Part shown: piece by piece, positions 15,481-23,908 of the stretch | How the letters are laid out: each line of letters starts with the position of its first letter | How positions within the stretch are numbered: the stretch's first letter is position 1 | From: a virus | Lineage: Duplodnaviria > Caudoviricetes | Length of the DNA: 33,848 nt | IMG/VR virus record: IMGVR_UViG_3300049070_000231 | Location: 1 to 33,848 of that record | Direction: 5' to 3' (one strand) | Notes under the pieces: model-generated | The model's input: the letters and a program-made list of their open reading frames with translations, nothing else | Told to the model about the DNA's origin: nothing | Databases searched by the model: none | Made by a program: the position numbers and the translations under genes

Positions 15481-16406
15481 ACGACCTGATCACCCTGATC
15501 GACGCGCAGCGCGACACCTTCGAGAAGGTGGTGTCGGACAAGGCCATCGAGTTCGAGCGCGAGAAGGGCTTCGCGGTGCAGATCATCACCGCGAACGACT
15601 ACCTGCTCAAGGTGGCGATGCAGAACAAGGAGTCGCTGAAGAACGCGGTTACGAACGTCGCGGCAATCGGCATCAGCCTGAACCCCGCCAGCAAGCTCGC
15701 CTACCTCGTGCCGCGCAAGATCAAGGGCGTGATGTCGATCTGCCTCGACATCTCCTACATGGGGCTCATGGATGTCGCGCAGCGCGCCGGCGCGATCCAG
15801 TGGGGCCAGGCGAAGCTGGTGCGCAAGACCGACACGTTCCGGCTGAACGGCCTGGACAAGACGCCGACGCACGAATACTCGCCCTTCGACACCGAGCGCG
15901 GCGACGTGGTGGGCGTGTACTGCGTCGTGAAGACCGACGGCGGCGACTACCTCACGCACGCCATGACCATCGCCGAGGTCCACGCCATCCGCGACCGCTC
16001 GGAATCGTGGAAAGCCTACAAGGCCGACAACACGAAGAAGTGCCCGTGGGTGACGGACGAGGGCGAGATGGTGAAGAAAACCTGCGTGAAGCAGGGCTCG
16101 AAATACTGGCCGCGGCGCGAGCGCCTCGACACCGCCGTGCACCACCTGAACACCGACGGCGGCGAGGGCATCACGCTCAAGCCGAACAAGATGCCCGACG
16201 AGGAGTTCGAGGGGTTCAAAAAGGCGATCCTCGAGACTGACACCAAGGACGCGGCGAAGAAGAAGTGGCAGGAAGCCGTCGTCATCTGCAAGGACCTGGG
16301 CGACGTCGACAGCGCCGAGCGCCTGAAGACCGTGATGCTGCGCCACGCCATCGTCCTCGACGGCGGCGATCCGGACGCGCCGGCGGTGGAGAAGAAAGCG
16401 GCATGA
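15477..16406 (+). CDS. recT: RecT-family single-strand annealing recombinase
   Basis: [60 protein letters not shown]. Confidence 0.9.
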   Translation: MNDLITLIDAQRDTFEKVVSDKAIEFEREKGFAVQIITANDYLLKVAMQNKESLKNAVTNVAAIGISLNPASKLAYLVPRKIKGVMSICLDISYMGLMDVAQRAGAIQWGQAKLVRKTDTFRLNGLDKTPTHEYSPFDTERGDVVGVYCVVKTDGGDYLTHAMTIAEVHAIRDRSESWKAYKADNTKKCPWVTDEGEMVKKTCVKQGSKYWPRRERLDTAVHHLNTDGGEGITLKPNKMPDEEFEGFKKAILETDTKDAAKKKWQEAVVICKDLGDVDSAERLKTVMLRHAIVLDGGDPDAPAVEKKAA

Positions 16407-17041
16407 GCCTGCAAGGCACAGAAGCTTGGGCGCTCGACCGCTGCGGCCGGGCGACGGCATCCGAGTTCTCCTGCGTGCTGGCGAAGGGTGAGGGGAAGAC
16501 CCGCCTCGCTTACCTGCGCCGCGTGGTGACGGAGCGCCTGATCGGCAAGCCCATCGAGAACGCCTTCAGCAACGGCCACATGCTGCGCGGCACGGTGCAG
16601 GAGCCACTCGCGCGCCTCGCCTACGAGGCCGCGACCGGAGAGCCGGTCGAGCTCGTCGGCTTTATCAAGCACCCGACGCTGATGACCGGCTGCTCGCCGG
16701 ACGGGCTGATCGGCAAGGACGGCGGCGGCGAGTTCAAGTGCGTGATCCCCACCGTGCAGCTCGAGACGATCCTCCGCGGCGACTACCCGCCCGAGCACCG
16801 CGCGCAGGTCCAGGGGAATCTCTGGATCACCGGCCGCACGTGGTGGGACTTCTGCTCCTACTCGCCGGACATGCCGGAACACCTCCGGCTCTACACCTTC
16901 CGCGTGCAGCGCGACGAAGCGTACATCGCCATCCTCGAGCGCGAGGTGATCAAGTTCCTGCAGGAGGCCGACGCGCTCCACGAGCGGCTGATGCGCATGC
17001 GCCTGTCGCTCGCCGAAGCGCTGGAGGCGTCGCTCGCATGA
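16403..17041 (+). CDS. YqaJ/lambda-exonuclease-family protein
   Basis: QGTEAW...[46 protein letters not shown]. Confidence 0.92.
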   Translation: MSLQGTEAWALDRCGRATASEFSCVLAKGEGKTRLAYLRRVVTERLIGKPIENAFSNGHMLRGTVQEPLARLAYEAATGEPVELVGFIKHPTLMTGCSPDGLIGKDGGGEFKCVIPTVQLETILRGDYPPEHRAQVQGNLWITGRTWWDFCSYSPDMPEHLRLYTFRVQRDEAYIAILEREVIKFLQEADALHERLMRMRLSLAEALEASLA

Positions 17042-17283
17042 GCGCGTGGCAACAAGCGTTGCAGAACACGCTGGCGGCGGCGCCGACGGCCAGACCAGCG
17101 CACCAACGACCGCGGTCCAGACGGGTGCCGGATCGCCCTCTCGACCATGCGTCAGTGCGCGAGTTCGGGCGCCGCATCCGCGCGATGACGGCGCAAGGCT
17201 TCACGGGGCAGGAGGTAGCGGATGCGCTGCACTGCTCCCTGTTTACGGTTCGTCGCCACATCAGGGAAGGGAAGAAGAAATGA
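17038..17283 (+). CDS. HTH domain protein
   Basis: [22 protein letters not shown]. Confidence 0.65.
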   Translation: MSAWQQALQNTLAAAPTARPAHQRPRSRRVPDRPLDHASVREFGRRIRAMTAQGFTGQEVADALHCSLFTVRRHIREGKKK

Positions 17284-17417
17284 TCGCCAAGCTGATTTGC
17301 CTTCTGAAGGGCCACAAGCGCGGGAAGTTCCTGCGCGCGGAGGAGAACGGAAGGGTGAAGTTCTTCGCCTGCCCGCGTTGCGGGCGCGAGACGTCCTACA
17401 AGGCAAAGGCGGCTTGA
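17280..17417 (+). CDS. Small Zn-ribbon phage protein
   Basis: [13 protein letters not shown]...CPRCG, 45 aa, ATGA overlap. Confidence 0.6.
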   Translation: MIAKLICLLKGHKRGKFLRAEENGRVKFFACPRCGRETSYKAKAA

Positions 17418-17746
17418 ACACCAGAATCCTCCCGCCCGGCCTGACCTTCGAACAGGCGCTGCGCCTCGGGTACACGGGCGAGATCCGCTTGCCCGGGTAC
17501 ATCAAGTGGATCAAGACGCTGCCGTGCCACAACTGCACCGCCCCGGCGCCGAGCGACCCAAGCCACCCGAATTTCTTCAAGAGCCAGAGGAGCAAGGCAC
17601 CGGATCCGCTCGCGATCCCGGAATGCCGCAAGGACCACGAGCTCTACGAACACGCTGGCGTGCCCGACGAGCAGCGCCGCCTTGCTCGAGCCGCCTTGTA
17701 CATGCTGCAAGCGATTTACGAACGCCGCCTCGTATGGGTCGGCTGA
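17414..17746 (+). CDS. DUF968-like (HNH-like) protein
   Basis: YIKWIKTLPCHNC...DPSH...KAPD..AIPECRKDH. TTG start overlaps the upstream stop. Confidence 0.7.
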   Translation: MNTRILPPGLTFEQALRLGYTGEIRLPGYIKWIKTLPCHNCTAPAPSDPSHPNFFKSQRSKAPDPLAIPECRKDHELYEHAGVPDEQRRLARAALYMLQAIYERRLVWVG

Positions 17747-17830
17747 TGCAAACACTACCAATCACGATGATTTACCAACTGTGCGCGGACCTACCGCTGA
17801 CCGCCGCGCCTTCACAAGGAGAAGCCTCCA

Positions 17831-18802
17831 ATGGAAGTCGTTTCAAAGCCGCGCGTGGCCTACGCGCAATTCATCGCTTCAAAGCAACCGGGGACGGTGG
17901 CGTGGTTGATCGAGCGCTACATCAAGGAAATGAACGGGCTGGATGGCCGGCCCGCGGTCAAGACGCTCGGGGCCTCGCACGAGTACACGCTGCGCATCCT
18001 GCAGCGCTCGCCGATCGGCGCGAAGCTGGCGCTGGATCTGAAGAAGACGGACGTGATCGAGCACTGCCGGTTGCGGCGGATGGAAGTCTGCGCGGCGACG
18101 GTCATGCAGGACATCACCTTCCTCACCGGGGCGCTCAAGTACGCCGGGGCAGCCTGGGACGACTGCGAAAAGATCTCGGATACCGCCGTCAAGAATGCGA
18201 AGCCGTTCCTCATCAAGCACCAGCTCATCGGGAAGAGCGCGCCCCGGCGGCGCAGGGTGGCGAACGAGGAACTGGAGCGGCTCATCGCGCACTTCGAGGA
18301 GCGCAACCGCAACCCACGCACGAAGGTGGACATGGTGCGGGTGACGCTCTGGCAGTTCTACTCCTCGCGCCGGATCGGGGAAACCTGCCGCCTCTTGTGG
18401 TCGGACTGGAACCGAGAGGACCAAACGATCCTCGTGCGCAAGATGAAAGACCCGCGCAACCGCTCGAAGGACAAGCTGGTGGCGCTCACGACTCAAGCGC
18501 AGGCGATGCTGGAGGCGCTGTGGGAGATCCGCGACGAATCGGAGCCGCGCATCTTCCCCTACGTGCGGCAGACGTGCATTTCCAACTACGTCGAGGCCAA
18601 GCACCAGCTCGGCATCAAGAACCTGCATCTGCACGATTCGCGCGCCGAAAGAGCTACGCGCCTGGTCGAGGACGAGAAGCGCACGCCGGCCGAAGCGATC
18701 CTCGTGACCGGGCACGACACGACGGCGGTTTTCGAGCGCACGTACATGCGCCTCGATGCGCGCAAGTTCAAACGCGACGAGCTAGCCGCAACTCCAGCAT
18801 AG
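17831..18802 (+). CDS. Second tyrosine recombinase, not att-adjacent
   Basis: Catalytic set RRIGE (R), RKMKDP (K), LHLHDSR (HxxR), TGH (H), ERTY (Y). AAGGAG RBS. Confidence 0.88.
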   Translation: MEVVSKPRVAYAQFIASKQPGTVAWLIERYIKEMNGLDGRPAVKTLGASHEYTLRILQRSPIGAKLALDLKKTDVIEHCRLRRMEVCAATVMQDITFLTGALKYAGAAWDDCEKISDTAVKNAKPFLIKHQLIGKSAPRRRRVANEELERLIAHFEERNRNPRTKVDMVRVTLWQFYSSRRIGETCRLLWSDWNREDQTILVRKMKDPRNRSKDKLVALTTQAQAMLEALWEIRDESEPRIFPYVRQTCISNYVEAKHQLGIKNLHLHDSRAERATRLVEDEKRTPAEAILVTGHDTTAVFERTYMRLDARKFKRDELAATPA

Positions 18803-18808
18803 CTAGGC

Positions 18809-19069
18809 ATGGGGAATGACATGAATTTCAAATGGCTACTCGTACCGTTCAGCAACAACACCAAGAAGGTCCAAGTGGCGCAGCTTTGGGAGGTTCGCTG
18901 GATATCTCTCAGCGGCGACGCAGATTTCACATACCACCGTCCTGAAATGGAGGCGTTCACGAGCGAAGAGGAAGCACGCCATTTCGTGCGGGCCCTGAAG
19001 AACGCCGTGGAACTGTTGCGCCACGGAGTGGACTACGAGATCGAAATCGAAAAAGGCAAAGGAGCATAA
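18809..19069 (+). CDS. Hypothetical protein
   Basis: 86 aa, operon orientation. May start at ATG 18821. Confidence 0.6.
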   Translation: MGNDMNFKWLLVPFSNNTKKVQVAQLWEVRWISLSGDADFTYHRPEMEAFTSEEEARHFVRALKNAVELLRHGVDYEIEIEKGKGA

Positions 19070-19125
19070 CGCATGTATCTCGACACGCAACCGCAGGGCA
19101 AGCCGAGTTGGGAGCTTTGCTGACC

Positions 19126-19398
19126 ATGAGCGAGCCGATCAGGGCTGGCGATTGGGTAGTTGTGGTGAGGACGTGCTGCGACGGAACTGCCAAGGAATCG
19201 CTTGGGCTTATGGGGCCCGTGCAATACATCAAGAATCCGATCTGGATCAGATGCCACTATTGCAAGAAAGAGGCGACGGTCAACAGGGCCAGATTCAACG
19301 ATGGCGAATGGCCGGTGGCCCCTCTCGACTGGCTGAAGCGCATCCCGCCCATGTCCGAGCTTGAGGGCGAGAAGCGCGACGAGGAGATCACCGCGTGA
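19126..19398 (+). CDS. Hypothetical Cys-containing protein, paralogue of 21192..21482
   Basis: GDWVVVVRTCC...CHYC...WLKRIPP...DEEITA. Confidence 0.7.
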   Translation: MSEPIRAGDWVVVVRTCCDGTAKESLGLMGPVQYIKNPIWIRCHYCKKEATVNRARFNDGEWPVAPLDWLKRIPPMSELEGEKRDEEITA

Positions 19399-19435
19399 AG
19401 GTCAGCCGCTCCTTCGGATCGACTCGATGAACAAC

Positions 19436-19593
19436 GGACAGCGCTGTGGAGTTCGCGTAGCTCAGCAGAGAGCACCGGCCGAGCCGGGGGTCGCTGGGGG
19501 TAGCTCCCAGCCGCGAATGAAGCAGAAAGACCAATCTGCGCCTAGGCATGCGGAAAGGTCGAAGCAGGTATCCAGCCCTGCCGCTGTCCACCC
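19436..19593 (+). ncRNA. Candidate structured RNA containing a tRNA-like cloverleaf (19451-19519) with a 3-nt anticodon loop
   Basis: Inner acceptor GTTCGCG/CGCGAAT, TAGCTCAG..GAGC D arm, CCGGC-CGA-GCCGG, GGGTC, GCTGG/CCAGC. Outer GGACAGCG/CGCTGTCC stem. Fills a 200-bp gap in a tightly packed operon. Confidence 0.65.
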
Positions 19594-19601
19594 TATTCGC
19601 C

Positions 19602-19814
19602 ATGACTGACTCGACGGAAAAAGATGATGCCGACAAAGTGCTGCGGGAACACCCGCTGGCCACCAAGCGCGGGCTTGAACTCATGCTCGGCCTACTGCTT
19701 CACACCGGCGCGATGTGCCCGAAGTGCGGCTTCGGGACTCGCGTGACGAGCAAGCGATGGGCGAAGTGCAAGAAGTGTGGAGAGCGCGTCGAGCGCAGGG
19801 AGTTACCGAAATGA
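19602..19814 (+). CDS. Zn-ribbon hypothetical protein
   Basis: CPKCG...CKKCG. Confidence 0.6.
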   Translation: MTDSTEKDDADKVLREHPLATKRGLELMLGLLLHTGAMCPKCGFGTRVTSKRWAKCKKCGERVERRELPK

Positions 19815-20053
19815 CGAATCGCTGCACGGACGAAGGAGCGCTTCGGCTTCGGGTCATCAACAATCCGAAGCCGGGCGACAAGCTGGCGAGCAGGTCTGCG
19901 GCGCGGCACAAGACGCGCAGGGTGACAGATCGGACGCTCGGCGGTGACGTTCACTACTGCTGGGATGAGCGCTCGAATTACCGCGACCGCTGCACGCTGC
20001 TGGAATGGCAGGAGTTTTGCGCCTACGCGCGGATCATCAAGGTGGCGAAGTGA
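19811..20053 (+). CDS. Hypothetical protein
   Basis: ATGA-coupled 80-aa ORF. Confidence 0.55.
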   Translation: MTNRCTDEGALRLRVINNPKPGDKLASRSAARHKTRRVTDRTLGGDVHYCWDERSNYRDRCTLLEWQEFCAYARIIKVAK

Positions 20054-20598
20054 CCCGCCCCTCCGACAGCTACTGCGAAGCCTATGAATCGCTGATGCAG
20101 AGGTGCAAGAGCCTAGCTGACTTCCACCCAGATACCAAGTTCGCCAGCATCGGCGACATCTGGCAGGCCATGTACAAACGCAAGGCGCTGCGCCATCCGG
20201 CAGCGGAATTGCTCGTCGGCTACCTGTCCGAGTTCATCGACAACCACTTCCATCGCGACGTGCCTGGAGCGATCAAGCTGGCCGTGCTATTCCACGAAAC
20301 CTACGAGCGCCTCGCGCCGCAGTACGGCTACGAGACGAAGCCTGAGACGCGCGTCTTCGATGCCTCCAGCCCGAACGGCAAGCTGATGATCGCGGTCTGC
20401 CGGGAGATCCGCAATGCGCTCAGTGGGCCGCTCGATAGGGCTTCGATCATCGAGGAATGCGCGAAGGCTGCAGAGGGCTACAACTGGGTGGACGACGAGA
20501 AAGTGCAAAGCCCAGACGAACACCAAGCGGCTCTGGCTCGGGCGATCCGCGCTCTCATACCGCCTGCCACACTCGATTCCAAAACGGAGGACCGATGA
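20050..20598 (+). CDS. Hypothetical phage protein
   Basis: GTGA-coupled. FHETYERLAP.YGYET segment and an IIEECAK..A.AIRAL tail typical of early phage ORFs. Confidence 0.65.
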   Translation: MTRPSDSYCEAYESLMQRCKSLADFHPDTKFASIGDIWQAMYKRKALRHPAAELLVGYLSEFIDNHFHRDVPGAIKLAVLFHETYERLAPQYGYETKPETRVFDASSPNGKLMIAVCREIRNALSGPLDRASIIEECAKAAEGYNWVDDEKVQSPDEHQAALARAIRALIPPATLDSKTEDR

Positions 20599-20819
20599 AG
20601 AAGCTACCGACCTTCCAAGATCAGGTGCATTTCATGTCTCGGCAGGCGGAGTTGCTAGACGAGCAAGGGCACGACGTTTCGGCCAACGTGATGCGCGACT
20701 GCATGAACGTGCTGGTCGCCGAGCACGCCAGATCCGAACGGCTCGCCCTCGCTCTGCGTGAACTGTACCGCCAGCACCCTGACGTTCGGGCTGCGGTGAC
20801 GGAGGCGCTGCATGTCTGA
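20595..20819 (+). CDS. Hypothetical protein
   Basis: GGAGG RBS, ATGA overlap. Confidence 0.6.
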   Translation: MKKLPTFQDQVHFMSRQAELLDEQGHDVSANVMRDCMNVLVAEHARSERLALALRELYRQHPDVRAAVTEALHV

Positions 20820-21192
20820 CCCGCTCCGCTCTACCCCAGTGGAACGACTCGAAAAGTATCAGGAAATATTCGAGAGCCTGCGCCGCGAGAATCACCGCCA
20901 AGGCAATCACGACGGCCAGGCTGCCATGGAGTTCGCCCTGGAACAGATCAGGCTCGTGCAGTCGGAGACGAAGCTCGACGAGGGCTATCCAGGCATCGCG
21001 CACGACTTCGAGACGATGCGAACGGCCCTGCACGATCTGGAGCAGGCGGCGCTGCGCATGGCCCAATGCTGGAACAAAGCGGACGAGCGCGGCGAGGGTG
21101 TCACGGTCGCCGAAGTGAACGCGGCGCGGCAGGGCGTGGACGAGGCCCGCAAGAAAGCGCGGGCTGCTCTCCGGGTGAAAGGGGTCCGCTGA
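20812..21192 (+). CDS. Hypothetical protein
   Basis: GGAGG RBS, 126 aa, helical character. Confidence 0.6.
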   Translation: MSDPLRSTPVERLEKYQEIFESLRRENHRQGNHDGQAAMEFALEQIRLVQSETKLDEGYPGIAHDFETMRTALHDLEQAALRMAQCWNKADERGEGVTVAEVNAARQGVDEARKKARAALRVKGVR

Positions 21193-21482
21193 TGCCTTCC
21201 ACCGATAAGCACGACTCTACGCAGGTCAGCGTCGGCGACCTGGTCGTCGTCCTGAAGGGCTGTTGCGACCGCGCGATGCAAGGCGTCGTCGGTGTCCACG
21301 CGACCGTGCTGCGGTTCTACGACGATCCGAACCGGCTCTGCTGCTTCTGCGAGTCGCCCATCCCGACCAAACGCGCGGAACTGGATCACCCGAAGTGGAA
21401 CTGTCCGGTGCCGTGGCTAAAGCGCATCCCGCCGCTCGCCGAGCCGGAACGAGAGCGCCACGACGAGGAAATCACGGCATGA
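21192..21482 (+). CDS. Hypothetical Cys-containing protein, paralogue of 19126..19398
   Basis: GDLVVVLKGCC...CCFC...WLKRIPP...DEEITA. TGATG overlap. Confidence 0.7.
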   Translation: MPSTDKHDSTQVSVGDLVVVLKGCCDRAMQGVVGVHATVLRFYDDPNRLCCFCESPIPTKRAELDHPKWNCPVPWLKRIPPLAEPERERHDEEITA

Positions 21483-22262
21483 CCACACCCACGGACAAGC
21501 AGGAACGCACGCCGCAGGAGATCGGCAGGGCCATCGCTGACAAGCTTTCCACCGGGGATAACGATTCGGTTCGCGCGCTCGCCAAGGAAGCCTTCTGCCC
21601 GGCTTCCGACGACGAGTTCGATGACATGTGGAACGACGGCGACTTTCGCAGGTTCTGCTGTTTGCCGGTCAAGCTGGCGCGCGAATCAGCCGCTCCCTCC
21701 GGTGGATGCGACGTGTGCGGTGCCGAGCCGGGGCGCTGCATGACCTCGACCATCTGCGCGCAGGAACGGGAGACTCGGCGCGAAAACGCGCGAGCCGCCG
21801 CTTCATCCGACATTAACGAACACCTGAAGGGCGACGATCCGAGGTTGGAGCCGTGCGGGGGAACTCGGGGAGCCAATACGCCGCAGGACAGCAGCGGGCC
21901 GCACACCGCTGCCGCTGCCCAATCATCCAATGAATGCGGCGAGATCGCTGGTTACGTCGAAGCCAGCGCCCTGAAGGACCGTCCCGCTCACGAAGGACTG
22001 CGAGCACAGCGGCATGATCCCGCTCTTTCGCGCGGTCGAGTCAGCTTCTTCCTCTACAGCGCTCACCCACACCGACCACCCGCTGCGGCACTTCGACCGA
22101 ACGTGCCCGGCGTGCGTCGCCGAGTCCGCAAGTAGAGAGCCCTTGAACGCGATCTACCAGAAGACGTTCGACCAGAAACCCGCGCACATCATCCTCCGCG
22201 AGATTCAGGAACTGGCGATGGCCGGACTCGCCCCACTGCCGGAAGCTGAAGGGCCGAAGTAA
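21479..22262 (+). CDS. Mosaic early phage protein, apparently frameshifted near 21975-22013 (ORFs 21479..22135 and 22014..22262)
   Basis: ATGA-coupled start. The second frame ends at a TAATG overlap with the next gene. Confidence 0.45.
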
Positions 22263-22654
22263 TGCCGCTCTATCGCGTCACGCTCAAGGAAGTGAAGGAC
22301 CGGGAGTGGCCGTTCAACCCGTTCAAGGTGCGCGACATCTTCGCCGCGAGCCGCGTTCGCTGCCGGGTATGGGAGATCGAGGCGAAGGACGAGGCCGAAG
22401 TCCGCAGCTACTACGACGAGGCGAAGCGCGATGGCCTAGAGAACGTGCGCGGCTACGTGCTGGACAGCATCGCACTCGCTCCGCTCTCCGCAACAGCGCG
22501 TGGCGACGAAGCGCTGGCGATCCTCGCCGAGATGCACCGGCTGATGGATTTCCAAGAGCCGATTGCGGTCGATAGCACCTGCGTAGGCGACCCCTCGGCC
22601 ATGAACGCCGTCTTCGCCAGAGCCTACGCGCTGCTCGACGGAGTCGCAGAATGA
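22262..22654 (+). CDS. Hypothetical protein
   Basis: 130 aa, TAATG overlap. Confidence 0.6.
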   Translation: MPLYRVTLKEVKDREWPFNPFKVRDIFAASRVRCRVWEIEAKDEAEVRSYYDEAKRDGLENVRGYVLDSIALAPLSATARGDEALAILAEMHRLMDFQEPIAVDSTCVGDPSAMNAVFARAYALLDGVAE

Positions 22655-22806
22655 AGTGCGTCCACGGCGTCAGGATCGACAAGCCCTGCCCGGACTGCGA
22701 GTACGAGGAGGACTGCCGCCGTCGTGGCGTGAAGCCCGAGAACCGTTGGGAGGATCACCCGCTGAATCCGAACCGCACAGCAGTTCCGGAAGAAAAGCGT
22801 GGCTGA
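22651..22806 (+). CDS. Small Cys-rich hypothetical protein (51 aa)
   Basis: MKCVHG...CPDC, ATGA overlap. Below the ORF-track cutoff. Confidence 0.5.
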   Translation: MKCVHGVRIDKPCPDCEYEEDCRRRGVKPENRWEDHPLNPNRTAVPEEKRG

Positions 22807-23017
22807 AAGACTGAAGAAATTCGTGCAGCGCAAGTACCCCTACGCCGGCGCGCAGTTGTCAGCGATGCACGGCTGGCAGATTGTGGACTACGGCGAGGAC
22901 GGGTACGGAACAACGGTTATCGGGCGCAGCGGCAAGAACGAACTGATGGCGTGGTCGAATGCCGCCGCCCGTATTCGCCGTCGAGTCGCTTCCCCACATG
23001 GAAAGCCCTCGCGGTGA
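22799..23017 (+). CDS. Hypothetical protein
   Basis: 72 aa. Stop overlaps the start of the next gene. Confidence 0.5.
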   Translation: MAERLKKFVQRKYPYAGAQLSAMHGWQIVDYGEDGYGTTVIGRSGKNELMAWSNAAARIRRRVASPHGKPSR

Positions 23018-23880
23018 ACCCGTACCGCATCGAAGGCCCTGCAGAGATCGGCTTCAGCGGCGGGCGCAGCTCGGCCTACATGCTCCGGCACATCTTGGAC
23101 GCCCACGGCGGCGAGTTGCCTTCCGACGTGCATGTCGGCTTCCAGAACACCGGCAAAGAGCGCCCCGAGACCTTGGACTTTATCCACCAGTGCTCGACGC
23201 GCTGGAGCGTGCCGGTGACGTGGCTGGAATACCACCGCACCTGGGGTCAGCCGGAGGATCAGCCAGCTTATCGGGTGGTCTCGTATGAGACCGCGAGCCG
23301 GAACGGTGAGCCGTTCAGGATGATGTTGGACTACTACCGACAGTACAGGGAAGAGGTCAAGGACGCGCCCCCGATCCTTCCTAATCCAGTGAATCGCATG
23401 TGCACCTCTTACCTAAAAATCCGGGTAGCGAAGCAGTGGATGCAGAGCTTCGGATACGAAGCCTGGGATGCGGTGATCGGCATTCGAGCCGACGAGCCGA
23501 AGCGCTACACCCGCATGTCTGCCGCCAATGGACGGGAGCGATGGGAGAACGTTATGCCGATGTACGAGGCCGGCGTATCCAAGGAGGACGTAAACGCCTT
23601 CTGGTCCGCGCAGGACTTCGACCTCGGCATCGACTCTGACCTCGGCAACTGTGACCTGTGCTTCTTGAAGCACGAGAACAAGATTTACCGGGCGCTGCAA
23701 GTGAACCCGGAGCTGGGCGACTGGTGGATCGAGCAGGAGGAGCGCACTGGACAGCGCTTCCGAAAGGACCGCCCTGGTTACAAGGAAATGAAGTGGGTGG
23801 CCGTGCAGATGAACAAGCAAATCCCGATGTTCGGCACGGTCGAGGAGGAATCCTTGGCCGACTGCATCTGCGGCGAATGA
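23014..23880 (+). CDS. PAPS-reductase-family (PP-loop) phage protein
   Basis: FSGGRSSAYM, FQNTGKE.PETLDF, RMCTSYLK, IGIRADE..R, GNCDLCFLK, C-terminal CIC. GTG 23014. Confidence 0.88.
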   Translation: MNPYRIEGPAEIGFSGGRSSAYMLRHILDAHGGELPSDVHVGFQNTGKERPETLDFIHQCSTRWSVPVTWLEYHRTWGQPEDQPAYRVVSYETASRNGEPFRMMLDYYRQYREEVKDAPPILPNPVNRMCTSYLKIRVAKQWMQSFGYEAWDAVIGIRADEPKRYTRMSAANGRERWENVMPMYEAGVSKEDVNAFWSAQDFDLGIDSDLGNCDLCFLKHENKIYRALQVNPELGDWWIEQEERTGQRFRKDRPGYKEMKWVAVQMNKQIPMFGTVEEESLADCICGE

Positions 23881-23908
23881 CCATATCCCCTATGAACAGC
23901 GGCGGGAC

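Noticed and set aside
17506-18819. 437-aa same-strand ORF overlapping the recombinase
   Set aside because: Arg/Ala/Gly-rich alternative-frame composition. The recombinase frame has the RBS and catalytic motifs.
19451-19519. Functional tRNA-Ser(CGA)
   Set aside because: The loop is only 3 nt, with no TTC T loop, no long variable arm and no CCA, so it cannot decode. Kept as a tRNA-like RNA.
17831-23017. Integron (recombinase followed by a cassette array)
   Set aside because: The ORFs mostly overlap by 1-8 nt, leaving no room for attC sites, and the recombinase shows no IntI-specific features that I can recognise.
23014-23880. cysH sulfur-assimilation auxiliary metabolic gene
   Set aside because: The Cys-rich C-terminus and early-operon context next to a Mom-like gene fit the phage PP-loop family. 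No other cys genes are present.
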